A stretch of 64,000 nucleotides of DNA. It comes from Gemmatimonadota bacterium (GTDB lineage: Bacteria; JBHIER01; G020348925). Position numbers and translations under genes: made by a program. Below are positions 37,901 to 46,328 of the stretch, piece by piece. Under the pieces are notes generated by a model. That model worked only from the letters and a program-made list of their open reading frames with translations, made no database searches and was not told the DNA's origin. The stretch spans positions 1,834,030-1,898,029 of the forward strand of contig CP070758.1 of the NCBI GenBank assembly GCA_020348925.1, in the 5' to 3' direction. How positions within the stretch are numbered: position 1 is the first letter of the stretch; every line of letters starts with the position of its first letter.

Positions 37901-39522
37901 CGGTTTTTGTGACGCTGGAAGCCCTGCCGTTGACGTCGAGCGGCAAGGTGGACCGCGGGGCGCTTCCTGTACCTGGTCAGAGACGACCTGAGCTGGAAGT
38001 GACCTTTGCCCCTCCCAGGACGTCTGTTGAAGAAATGCTGAGGGGGATCTGGACCGAGGTCCTCGGTCTTGAGCAGGTCGGTATCCGCGACAACTTCTTT
38101 GAGCTGGGAGGACATTCTCTGCTGGCTGTGAAACTGGTGTCGAGGATGTCGCTGGCGCTGAATCGCGAAATATCGGTCAGGTTTCTCTTTCAACACCCCA
38201 CCATTGCCGACTGCAGCGAAGCGATAGAGAATCTTCACCAGGCTGGTGAATCCCCGCAGGCTCAGGAGTATAGTGGTGTCTCCTCCCTCCCTCACGGTGG
38301 ACCCTCTGAACTCTCCCTGTCACCCTTCCTGCAGATCGAGCACCGCCCACTCTTACCATTGTTTACAGAGGGGAAGATTCCTCCTGTTGATGCGGCGGCT
38401 CTGGGATATTTTCCCGACAGTCTTCTGAGGCGCACTGATGTGACCCGCGATGAAATAATTGATAGGTGGTGTGACGGCCACCCGTCCTTGAAAGTTCACA
38501 TCGAGACCTCTTTAGGCCGAATTGCCCTCATACTGCTGCCTCGATTTCATTCCGAGCTGTACAAAGATGAGGACGACCTCGTGCGGGTCATTCTCGAAGC
38601 GCTGGAACTGGCTGTTCGGACTGGGGCAAGCACTGTCTCTCTTTCAGGACTGATCCCTTCGGCCACGGACTACGGTCGCTCCATCGAGGCAGCACGCTCC
38701 AAGCGGGTGGATGTGCCGATGATTACCACCGGACACGCTACAACCGCCGCCACAGTCGTGTTGGCTGTAAAAAAGATTTTACATGAAGGCGGGCGGGACC
38801 TGGCCCGGGAGCGGGTTGGGTTCCTGGGTTTGGGATCCATCGGGCAGGCGACCCTTCGTCTGATGCTGAACTGTCTGCCCCATCCACTGGAGATCACACT
38901 GTGTGATGTCTACAGCAAGCTCGATTTCCTGGAAAGAATCCGGCGGGAGCTCATCGATGATTTGGGATTTCAAGGTCCCGTCCGGCTCAGTCAATCACGG
39001 CTGGACGTACCACCGGAGTTTGATGAGGCCAGCCTGATCGTCGGGGCCACCAATGTACCCGACATTCTGGATATCCGGCGCGTCAATCCCGGAACAATGA
39101 TGGTTGATGATTCCGGACCTCATTGTTTCGTTGTCAGGAATGCTATCAGACGTCTTCAGGAGCAGGAAGATATTCTCTTTACCGAAGGCGGAGTGCTCCG
39201 ATCGCCGCATCCCATCCGTCAGCTCAGATACGTACCGCGTTCGGAGGAAAAAATGATGGATCCTGCCCAGAGGGAAGCCCTTATGAATTTCAATCCCTTT
39301 CACATAACGGGTTGTGTTCTCTCCGGCCTCCTTTCCTCACGCTTTGAGGACCTCCCGCCGACGGTGGGACTCGTCGACGATCAATCATGCAATGCGCACT
39401 ACGATCGGCTCAGTCGATTAGGATTTCAAGGCGCCGACCTAACTTGTGAGAGCTACGTGCTTCCCGAAAAATCGATTCACAGCTTCCGGAACCGTTTCGG
39501 GGGAGTGGACCAGGATGAGTGA
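34948..39522 (+). CDS. NRPS module C-A-T plus a C-terminal NAD(P)-binding domain resembling acyl-ACP reductase
   Basis: HHIVSDEWS, NHYGPSETHVVT (Pro-family A5), GGHSLL; then ITTGHATT, GFLGLGSIG, VDDSGPH, TEGG, TGCVLSGLL. Confidence 0.92.
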   Translation: MKNIDNHIEGQRLELSPAKRVFLERLMRGEGRREDPSSLIPKRTEQSPAPLSFAQQRLWFLDQLEPHNPAYTVPIAMRLKGRLNVAALEQSLNEIVRRHEVLRTTFSMVAGQPVQVIAASLNLHVTVVDVREFPEAARETEAGKIIAEEVQRRFDLSQDPLVRVHLLRLEEEVHILLIIMHHIVSDEWSMRIFFQELSILYKALVRGEPWSLPELPIQYADFAVWQRKWLRGDFLDTQRSYWREHVAGMPRVLELPTDRPRPVVQTYRGGHHSLVLSRNATHLLKRLSQQEGATLFMTLLSVFKTLLFHYTGQEDIFVGTPVANRSRTEIEGLIGFFTNTLVLRTDLSGNPTFRELMRRAREVCLGAYTHQDVPFEKLVEELKPERNLNYSPLFQVMFVFQDETAFVPELPGVRVSMMQVDSGTSKFDLTLFMQEEEGGLRATVEYSSDLFDAATIRRMLRHLEVLVEGIVTDPDRRLTELPLLTEVERHRLLVEWNKTQSDYPADVCVHQLFEVQAEQRPDGIAVVFEDQHLTYRELNARANQLAHYLKERGVGPDVPVGIFAGRSLDIVIGLLGILKAGGVYVPLDPCYPKDRLAFQLQDTCVPHLLTQKRLMPELPEHNVNVICLDSHWDIIAQEGIDNTVSGAQPENLIYILYTSGSTGRPKGVAIPHGSIVNLITWQLHQTDLPQGAKTLQYNSFSFDACFMDIFMSWCSGDTLFIVPEPVRQDITGLARFIADHGIERLNLPFIVLEHLATMWDAGEKPPQCMREIISTAEQLHVSQPLRRLFAQLPHCLLFNHYGPSETHVVTAFALTGPPGNWPEFPAIGRPIANTRTYILDISFCPVPVGLPGDLYIGGVSLARGYLDRPELTAERFVPNPFGDESEARIYKTGDVARYSPDGNIEYLGRMDHQVKLRGFRIELGEIEAVLNQHSGVKEAVVLAREGWAQEKRLVAYVVPNQTGALLSSELRGFLKQKLPEYMVPSVFVTLEALPLTSSGKVDRGALPVPGQRRPELEVTFAPPRTSVEEMLRGIWTEVLGLEQVGIRDNFFELGGHSLLAVKLVSRMSLALNREISVRFLFQHPTIADCSEAIENLHQAGESPQAQEYSGVSSLPHGGPSELSLSPFLQIEHRPLLPLFTEGKIPPVDAAALGYFPDSLLRRTDVTRDEIIDRWCDGHPSLKVHIETSLGRIALILLPRFHSELYKDEDDLVRVILEALELAVRTGASTVSLSGLIPSATDYGRSIEAARSKRVDVPMITTGHATTAATVVLAVKKILHEGGRDLARERVGFLGLGSIGQATLRLMLNCLPHPLEITLCDVYSKLDFLERIRRELIDDLGFQGPVRLSQSRLDVPPEFDEASLIVGATNVPDILDIRRVNPGTMMVDDSGPHCFVVRNAIRRLQEQEDILFTEGGVLRSPHPIRQLRYVPRSEEKMMDPAQREALMNFNPFHITGCVLSGLLSSRFEDLPPTVGLVDDQSCNAHYDRLSRLGFQGADLTCESYVLPEKSIHSFRNRFGGVDQDE

Positions 39523-42500
39523 ACGATCACCCCTCTACCCCACGTCCTGTGCTCAGCAGCAACTGTGGTTTCAGGCCCAGTTGGATCCGGAGAGTCACGT
39601 TTCTAATATTGCCTCCGCGGTGCGCTTGCATGGTTCCCTCCGTGTACCGGCGTTGGAGCGGAGTCTCGATGAGATTGCTCGACGCCACAAAGCCTTGCGG
39701 ACGACTTTCCTGACCAGAGCGGGACAACTCAAACAGGTTGTGGCACAATCCTCAATACCGCGGTTACCGGTACACGACCTGACGGTGTTCCCTGAGAGTG
39801 AGCGGGAGGATGAAGCCAGACGACTGCTCACAGAGAAAGCGCGTCGCCCTTTTGATCTGGCCACAGGTCCACTTTTTTTGGCAGGCATACTCCGGCTGGG
39901 GGTGGATGATCATATCCTTTTTACAGTAATGCACCGAATCATCGCGGATAATTGGTCCTTGGGTATATTTTTTCAGGAATTCTTTATTCTTTACGAGGCT
40001 TACTCCACCGGAAAATCCTCGCCCCTTCCGGAGCTCACTACGCAGTATCACAAGTTTGCTCAGTGGCAATGTAAGTGGATGAAGAGCAAATCAGCCGAGG
40101 AACAGCTCTCATATTGGAAACAGCGACTCGCTCATGTTCCGTTCACGGTGAATCTCCCTACCGACGGCTCACGTCACGGCTCGCGACGAATCCACCAGGG
40201 TGCAACGCAGTCACTGATGCTGCCTGAATCACTGTCTCACTCCCTCAGAGCCCTGAGCCATCAGGAGGAGGTTACCTTACCCACTATTTTACTGGCCGCC
40301 TGGCACGTGCTGCTGTATCGCTACACGAATCAGGGTGAGATTGTCGTCGGATTTACCACTGAAGGCCGCAGGCGCTCGGGGATGGAGGAACCGATTGGAT
40401 TATGTAGCAATATCCTGGCCCTGCGAATGCCGCCAGTGCGAGACAATCCTGCTTTCAGGGAGCTGCTGAAGCGGATGCGCGGAGTGATCCTGGAAGCGTA
40501 TGCCAACCAGGATGTACCCTTTGAGAATGTGATGGAGGAACTGCAATCGCAAGGGGACTTGGACCGCACGCCTCAGTTTCAGGTCGCCTTCCAATTCGAT
40601 CATCGCCCTGATGTGGCTTCAAAGCCGCACGGCTTGGACGTGAAAGACTTCGAGTTTGAAAAAGGAATTTCAAGGCATGATGTAACCCTGAAGATTGTAG
40701 AGAAGGTGGAAGAACTCTCCTGCTCTTTCGAGTACAACACCGACCTGTTTGAGGCGACGACCATCGCCCGGATGGGATGGCATTTCAAGAGATTGTTGGA
40801 AGGCATTGTAGATCAGCCGGATGAGGTCATCTCGGATTTGCCGCTGTTGACGGAAGGCGAATGGCATCAACTCCTTGTGGAGTGGAATACGGTTCGAGTC
40901 GAGAACTTTAAGGAGGAATTTTATCATCGGAGTTTTGAGTTTCAAGCCGAACGATTGTCAGACGCGGTGGCGGTCGTGTTTGAGGGTGAGCACTTGACAT
41001 ATCAGGAGTTGAATGTGCGAGCAAACCAATTGGCGCACTATTTACAAGCTCTGGGTGTAGGACCTGACGTACTTGTAGGGATGTGTATGGAGCGTTCTCC
41101 GGAGTTGGTCGTTGGAGTGCTCGCAACTCTCAAGGCAGGCGGGGCTTGCGTGCCTCTGGATCCGACATTTCCAGAGGACTGGTTTGCTTTTGTCTTGGAA
41201 GACACGGATGTTCAGGTCGTATTAACGCAAGACCGTTTGCTCAAGAAGCTTGCCGGGCACACAGGTCATGTGATCTGTTTGGATTCGGCCCAGGAGAACT
41301 GGGATCGAGAAAGCACAGAAAATCCGGTTCGTGATATAACGAGCGAAAATTTATCATTTGTGTACTACACCTCCGGCTCAACAGGTATTCCCAAAGCCGT
41401 GATGCAGCCGTACCGCAAAGTTGACACAACCGAGTCACTTGTTTCATTTACAGAAGAGGATCGACATCTGTTCAAAGCATCCATCGGCTTTACTCCCTTC
41501 GGTGCTGAGATTCTCACGCCTTTGATGACGGGTGGAAAAATGATTATTGCTGAGCCGGGACGGAGTCAGGACAGCACCTATCTCGTTCCATTGATTACCA
41601 AGCATACGGTGACGTATATCAGTGTTGTGCCTGCGATGCTACGAATGCTTCTGGAGCAGGATGAAATTGAAACATGTCGTAGCCTGAAACATGTCCTTTC
41701 CTTCGGTGAACCATTGCCCCATGACCTCCGAGAGCGCTTTTTCACTCGGACGGCTGCGAACCTGTACGTCTTATACGGCACCACCGAAGCACCCAGCGCG
41801 ACCTTCAAGATGTGCCAGCGCGGGGATGATGCATCGAGTAGTGGCGGTTTCTCCATAGGTCGGCGCCTGTCCGGAAACCGGATCCATATTATGTCTCTCA
41901 TGGGCGGGATGCAACCGGTTCCCATTGGCGTGCCGGGAGAGCTCTGTTGCAGCGGTTTTAACCTGGCTCGAGGGTATCTCAACCGTCCAGACTTGACTGC
42001 GGAGAGGTTCGTTCCAGATCCCGTCGGTGATGAGCCGGGAGCGCGCCTATATAAAACCGGAGACTTGGCTCGCTACCTGCCTGATGGGAACATCGAGTTC
42101 CTCGGCCGTATCGATCACCAGGTGAAACTCCGCGGCCTCCGTATCGAGCTTGCAGAGATCGAGGCAATACTGAGGCAGCACGTGACTGTCTTCGAGGTCG
42201 CCGTCGTGATGAGGGAAGACGAACCCGGGAATAACCGACTTGCAGCCTACGTGGTTCCCAATCAAGGGTCTACAATTTCCATCAGCGAACTCCGAAGTTT
42301 CCTAAGGGTGAAGCTTCCCGAGTACATGGTGCCTTCCGCTTTTGTTGAGCTGGATGCACTGTCCCTGACACGCAACGGGAAAATTGATCGTCAGGCTCTG
42401 CCAGCACCCGACAGGGTCAGACCCGAACAGGGAAGAGCTTTCATTGCACCTCGGGATGCGCTGGAAAATCACCTGGTAAAGATATGGGAAAAGCTTCTGG

Positions 42501-43516
42501 GCATCAAACCCATCGGTGTCAGGGACAGCTTCTTCGATCTGGGCGGACATTCACTTCTCGCAGTGCGCTTGTTCGCACAGATCGAAAAGATGCTTGATAA
42601 AAAACTTTCCCTGGCAAATCTCCTCGAGGCACCGACGGTTGAGCAGCTCGCTGGCCTTCTTCGCCAGGAAGGCGAGCCAGCACACTGGTCTTCATTAGTG
42701 GCCATTCAATCCGAAGGCACCAAACTGCCCTTCTTCTGGGTACCTCCGGCCGCGGCTGATGTCATCAGCTTGGCAGATCTCGCCAGGCATCTGGGACCGG
42801 ATCGACCCTTCTATGGACTCCAACCTCTGGGATTGGAGGGGAATCAATCTCCCCATGCCCACGTTGAGGAGATGGCCGCCCATTATATAAAAGAAATACG
42901 CAACATTCAGTCTGAAGGTCCTTATCTTTTGGGAGGAATCTGTTTCGGAGGCATTGTGGCGTTCGAGATGGCTTGCCGGCTTCATGAGCAAAATGACTCT
43001 GTGGCTTTCCTTGCTCTCTTGGATTCCAGTCAGCCACCCCCCCTGATATCGCTGCGGGATTATGTTCCCCGTTTACTCCTCCACCATTTACCGAGGGGAC
43101 AATTGACCTACTGTCTCAAGAAAGACCTGAGAGAGAAGGGAACAAAGTGGAAATGGAAGCTGTCCCGGAGTCATGGAGGCCGCCGTTTCTACAGGGTGTG
43201 GAATGTTCATGAAACGGCACGGAGAGCATACGTACCCCGTCCTTATCCGGGTCGGATCACCCTCTTTGAGAGCCGCGAATTTCGCATTCGTTTTCCCGAT
43301 TACGAGGCCCGGTGGTCCGCGCTGACCGAGGAGGGTTTGGATTGTCACACCATAGCGTGCGATCATGGCGATTTCCTGCATGAACCCTATGTCCGGATCG
43401 TCGCCGAGAAATTGAAAAACTGCCTCGAGGGTGTACCCTCTCAGAACGATGCTGGGAGAAATAAAAAGACTGCGTTGTCAAGAGCCCCCATTATAAACAG
43501 GGAGTTGTTAGGTTGA
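39515..43516 (+). CDS. NRPS module C*-A*-T-TE with a degenerate C motif, non-canonical A domain and Cys-type TE
   Basis: MHRIIADNWS (no second His), YTSGSTGIPKA, GFTPFGAE, LYGTTE, GGHSLL; TE GGICFGG. Start at ATG 39515 after GGGAG. Confidence 0.92.
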   Translation: MSERSPLYPTSCAQQQLWFQAQLDPESHVSNIASAVRLHGSLRVPALERSLDEIARRHKALRTTFLTRAGQLKQVVAQSSIPRLPVHDLTVFPESEREDEARRLLTEKARRPFDLATGPLFLAGILRLGVDDHILFTVMHRIIADNWSLGIFFQEFFILYEAYSTGKSSPLPELTTQYHKFAQWQCKWMKSKSAEEQLSYWKQRLAHVPFTVNLPTDGSRHGSRRIHQGATQSLMLPESLSHSLRALSHQEEVTLPTILLAAWHVLLYRYTNQGEIVVGFTTEGRRRSGMEEPIGLCSNILALRMPPVRDNPAFRELLKRMRGVILEAYANQDVPFENVMEELQSQGDLDRTPQFQVAFQFDHRPDVASKPHGLDVKDFEFEKGISRHDVTLKIVEKVEELSCSFEYNTDLFEATTIARMGWHFKRLLEGIVDQPDEVISDLPLLTEGEWHQLLVEWNTVRVENFKEEFYHRSFEFQAERLSDAVAVVFEGEHLTYQELNVRANQLAHYLQALGVGPDVLVGMCMERSPELVVGVLATLKAGGACVPLDPTFPEDWFAFVLEDTDVQVVLTQDRLLKKLAGHTGHVICLDSAQENWDRESTENPVRDITSENLSFVYYTSGSTGIPKAVMQPYRKVDTTESLVSFTEEDRHLFKASIGFTPFGAEILTPLMTGGKMIIAEPGRSQDSTYLVPLITKHTVTYISVVPAMLRMLLEQDEIETCRSLKHVLSFGEPLPHDLRERFFTRTAANLYVLYGTTEAPSATFKMCQRGDDASSSGGFSIGRRLSGNRIHIMSLMGGMQPVPIGVPGELCCSGFNLARGYLNRPDLTAERFVPDPVGDEPGARLYKTGDLARYLPDGNIEFLGRIDHQVKLRGLRIELAEIEAILRQHVTVFEVAVVMREDEPGNNRLAAYVVPNQGSTISISELRSFLRVKLPEYMVPSAFVELDALSLTRNGKIDRQALPAPDRVRPEQGRAFIAPRDALENHLVKIWEKLLGIKPIGVRDSFFDLGGHSLLAVRLFAQIEKMLDKKLSLANLLEAPTVEQLAGLLRQEGEPAHWSSLVAIQSEGTKLPFFWVPPAAADVISLADLARHLGPDRPFYGLQPLGLEGNQSPHAHVEEMAAHYIKEIRNIQSEGPYLLGGICFGGIVAFEMACRLHEQNDSVAFLALLDSSQPPPLISLRDYVPRLLLHHLPRGQLTYCLKKDLREKGTKWKWKLSRSHGGRRFYRVWNVHETARRAYVPRPYPGRITLFESREFRIRFPDYEARWSALTEEGLDCHTIACDHGDFLHEPYVRIVAEKLKNCLEGVPSQNDAGRNKKTALSRAPIINRELLG

Positions 43517-45030
43517 AGAGAGATTCCGTTCGGCCCGAGAGTCGAGGTTCAGCGTTCACGCAACAGAACTATTCCCCTGGGGGTGCGATGATTGGGGGAA
43601 CGCTGGTACTCACGGGATCCCGGATGGTCTTTTTTGTGTGTGGTTACATTGTCCACGTTTTCCTGGCGAGATATTTACAGCCACAGTTGTTTGGCGTCTG
43701 GGGAGTCATTCTCGGAATCCTGACCGTCTATCAGATGATCGTAATGTCAGGACCTTCGAAGGCCATTTCAAAATTTACAGCGGAAAGAGCAGATCAAGCT
43801 CGATCGATTCAAAATCAGGGGTTGAAGATCCAGATCATTTTATCCGGCATACTGTGCGTATTCATGGGCATCGCAGCACACTGGATTGCGCGGCTACTCA
43901 AAGATTTGACACTGACTCCATATATTCGCGCCACAGTCTTTTTCTTTCCTGTCTATGCCTTGTATGCGGTCTATCTGGGTACGCTCAATGGGCTGCGTGC
44001 CTTTGATCGACAAGCACTGGTCATGACAGCTTACTCCTTGCTGCGAATGATAGGAATCGTGGCTCTCGTTCTGTTGGGCTACCGGGTGTACGGGGTACTG
44101 GGTGGCAGTTGGCTGGCCATGTTCGTAGCAATCTTCATCGCTCGTCGTTTCTGCACGTGTCCGGTAGCAGATCATACCTTTGAAGGGCAGCGAATTATTC
44201 GGTTCGCTCTTCCCGTGAGCTTCTTCGCCCTGGCCTTGGCCGCTTTTTCAAATCTCGACATTTTCCTTCTCAAAGCTCTCCTGGGAAGTAATGAGGATGT
44301 GGGGTTCTACACGGCCGCCGTCGTTCTTGTCAAAGTACCGTATCTGTTGCTCTTCGGGCTCAATACGACGCTGTTTCCGGTGGTGGCGCAATCCTTGTGG
44401 GACCCTACGTACTCCAAAGCGAAATTCTATATCAGCCGCTCACTGCGCTATGCTCTCCTCATCGTAACACCCACTGCGTTTGTAACAGCGGCCACTTCGA
44501 GAGAATTGATCCTCCTTATATACACATCACAATACATCTCCGCCTCGGAACCGCTCCGGATCCTCATTTTCGGGTATGTTTTTGCTTCGATCTTTATGAT
44601 CGCGTCAACAGTAATTATGGCCGTGGGGAAACCGAGGATCGCCATGGGTATCGTGTTCCTGATGGTTGGTTTGGACTTTGTACTCAATTATGCATTGATC
44701 CCCCAGTTCGGATTGACCGGTGCCGCGCTGGCGACATCTGCGGCCGCATTCATCGGCGTTTTCGGAGGACTGGCGTATATCTTTCGAAGATTCGGTCAAC
44801 TCTTGAATCCCATATCACTTGTAAAAATCACCGGTGTCTCAATTGGACTCTGTGTGCCTTGTGTTTTTTTCGATATGAGGGGCATGTGGTTATTGATATA
44901 TTACGCGGTTGCGATCGTTCTCTATATTGGTTTCCTGGCTCTTCTCAAGGAGCTCGGAGAAGAGGAATGGTCGATTTTCAAACGCGCCTTTGTTCCACAG
45001 ACAGTCCGGAAGCGCCACAACGGATCATGA
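43513..45030 (+). CDS. Polysaccharide flippase (Wzx-like, MOP/MATE superfamily)
   Basis: About 12-14 TM segments; LARYLQPQLFGVW, NLDIFLLKALLG, VGFYTAA, LIPQFGLTGAALATS. Start may be 43588. Confidence 0.88.
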   Translation: MKRDSVRPESRGSAFTQQNYSPGGAMIGGTLVLTGSRMVFFVCGYIVHVFLARYLQPQLFGVWGVILGILTVYQMIVMSGPSKAISKFTAERADQARSIQNQGLKIQIILSGILCVFMGIAAHWIARLLKDLTLTPYIRATVFFFPVYALYAVYLGTLNGLRAFDRQALVMTAYSLLRMIGIVALVLLGYRVYGVLGGSWLAMFVAIFIARRFCTCPVADHTFEGQRIIRFALPVSFFALALAAFSNLDIFLLKALLGSNEDVGFYTAAVVLVKVPYLLLFGLNTTLFPVVAQSLWDPTYSKAKFYISRSLRYALLIVTPTAFVTAATSRELILLIYTSQYISASEPLRILIFGYVFASIFMIASTVIMAVGKPRIAMGIVFLMVGLDFVLNYALIPQFGLTGAALATSAAAFIGVFGGLAYIFRRFGQLLNPISLVKITGVSIGLCVPCVFFDMRGMWLLIYYAVAIVLYIGFLALLKELGEEEWSIFKRAFVPQTVRKRHNGS

Positions 45031-45036
45031 TGACCT

Positions 45037-46227
45037 ATGCAAAAAACGACGAATGAGAATAACCGAGCATTGGACACATCTGAAATTGACTCTCTCATCA
45101 TAGTCACCAGCTCTTATGTCTATGTGCCTGAGGATGTTCTTATCAACTCAGGTGTGTTTGTCCGGGACTTTGCGCGGGCGCTTACGGAGCGTGGTGTACG
45201 AGTGACCGTTGTGACGCAGCACAGGAGCGCAGCCGTGCTGGTGGATCCAGGCATTGAGGTGATCGCATATCCATGGTCCGGAATGGATCGACAGCCGGTG
45301 GAATTGAGTTTCCACAGGTTGTCGGATTACGGTCACATCTGGTCACTGCTGCATGGCGGGATCAATGCGCTGCGCGGAATCTCGGTTTCGGATCAGAAGG
45401 TGCGCTGTCTGTGCATGTGGGCTGTGCCAGCCGGGTATATGGCCATGAAGGCCCTCCGTGGAACGGGCGTTCCGTACGACGTGTGGTGCCTGGGATCGGA
45501 CATTTGGCATTACGGAGGCAAGCGGTTTTCGCGGTGGCTCATAAAAAAAATCTTGCGAAACGCCCAGCATCTTTTTGCGGATGGCTATGTTTTACGAGAT
45601 GATGTGCAGAGCCTTTCTCGGCGAAACTGCACATTTTTAGCCAGCTCTCGAATGTTATCGGGAGAGACGGAGATTGTACCCCGTCTCGTACCAGGCAAAC
45701 CCAATCTGCTTTTCATCGGTCGATGGCATCCGAACAAAGGTGTCGATCTCCTTCCGGAGACGATGCGCTTCTTGAAAAATATGGGAGTGGACGCCCATCT
45801 TCATCTCTTCGGTGGCGGAACGCTTCAAGAAGAGTTGAAGACATTGATCTCAAAACATGGAGTGGAGAACGATATCACCCTCCATGGGTATGCGGATTCC
45901 GGCGTGGCTGTCGCCTATCTCAAAGCCTGTGATGTCTTAATTATTCCCTCACGTATCGAGAGTATCCCTATTATATTTTCTGACGCGGTCAAATGCAGAA
46001 TTCCGGTGGTCGCGACTGACGTCGGTGATTTGGGAATGTTGATTCGGGAGCATCAAATCGGTGAAGTCGTTCGGCCGAATTCGCCATTGATGCTGGCCGA
46101 GGGTGTTCAACTCGTGTTGAAGAAAGATCGATCCTTTTTTTCTCAGCAAGCCCTGAGAGTAGCGCGGCGTTTCGATGTGAGGGCTGCTGCGATGACATAT
46201 CTTCAAATTATAAAAACAGGAGCATAA
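45037..46227 (+). CDS. Glycosyltransferase, GT4/GT-B family
   Basis: LLFIGRWHPNKGVDLL, DVLIIPSRIESIPIIFSDA (E-x7-D), PVVATDVG. Confidence 0.9.
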   Translation: MQKTTNENNRALDTSEIDSLIIVTSSYVYVPEDVLINSGVFVRDFARALTERGVRVTVVTQHRSAAVLVDPGIEVIAYPWSGMDRQPVELSFHRLSDYGHIWSLLHGGINALRGISVSDQKVRCLCMWAVPAGYMAMKALRGTGVPYDVWCLGSDIWHYGGKRFSRWLIKKILRNAQHLFADGYVLRDDVQSLSRRNCTFLASSRMLSGETEIVPRLVPGKPNLLFIGRWHPNKGVDLLPETMRFLKNMGVDAHLHLFGGGTLQEELKTLISKHGVENDITLHGYADSGVAVAYLKACDVLIIPSRIESIPIIFSDAVKCRIPVVATDVGDLGMLIREHQIGEVVRPNSPLMLAEGVQLVLKKDRSFFSQQALRVARRFDVRAAAMTYLQIIKTGA

Positions 46228-46328
46228 CCATCCGAAAAACTGTCTCCCGGATGGTTACACTGATCAACGCGGAGAGAGACGGAACGTCAAAAGAGTGGAA
46301 AAATAGCCAGAACAAGGAAGTACTGTGT

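Noticed and set aside
4104-43481. Many 100-280 aa minus-strand and alternate-frame ORFs inside the NRPS genes (e.g. 6396-7238, 30321-31169, 35764-36588, 27602-28234)
   Set aside because: Antisense shadows of well-supported genes; they recur in parallel with the duplicated domains and have no recognisable motifs
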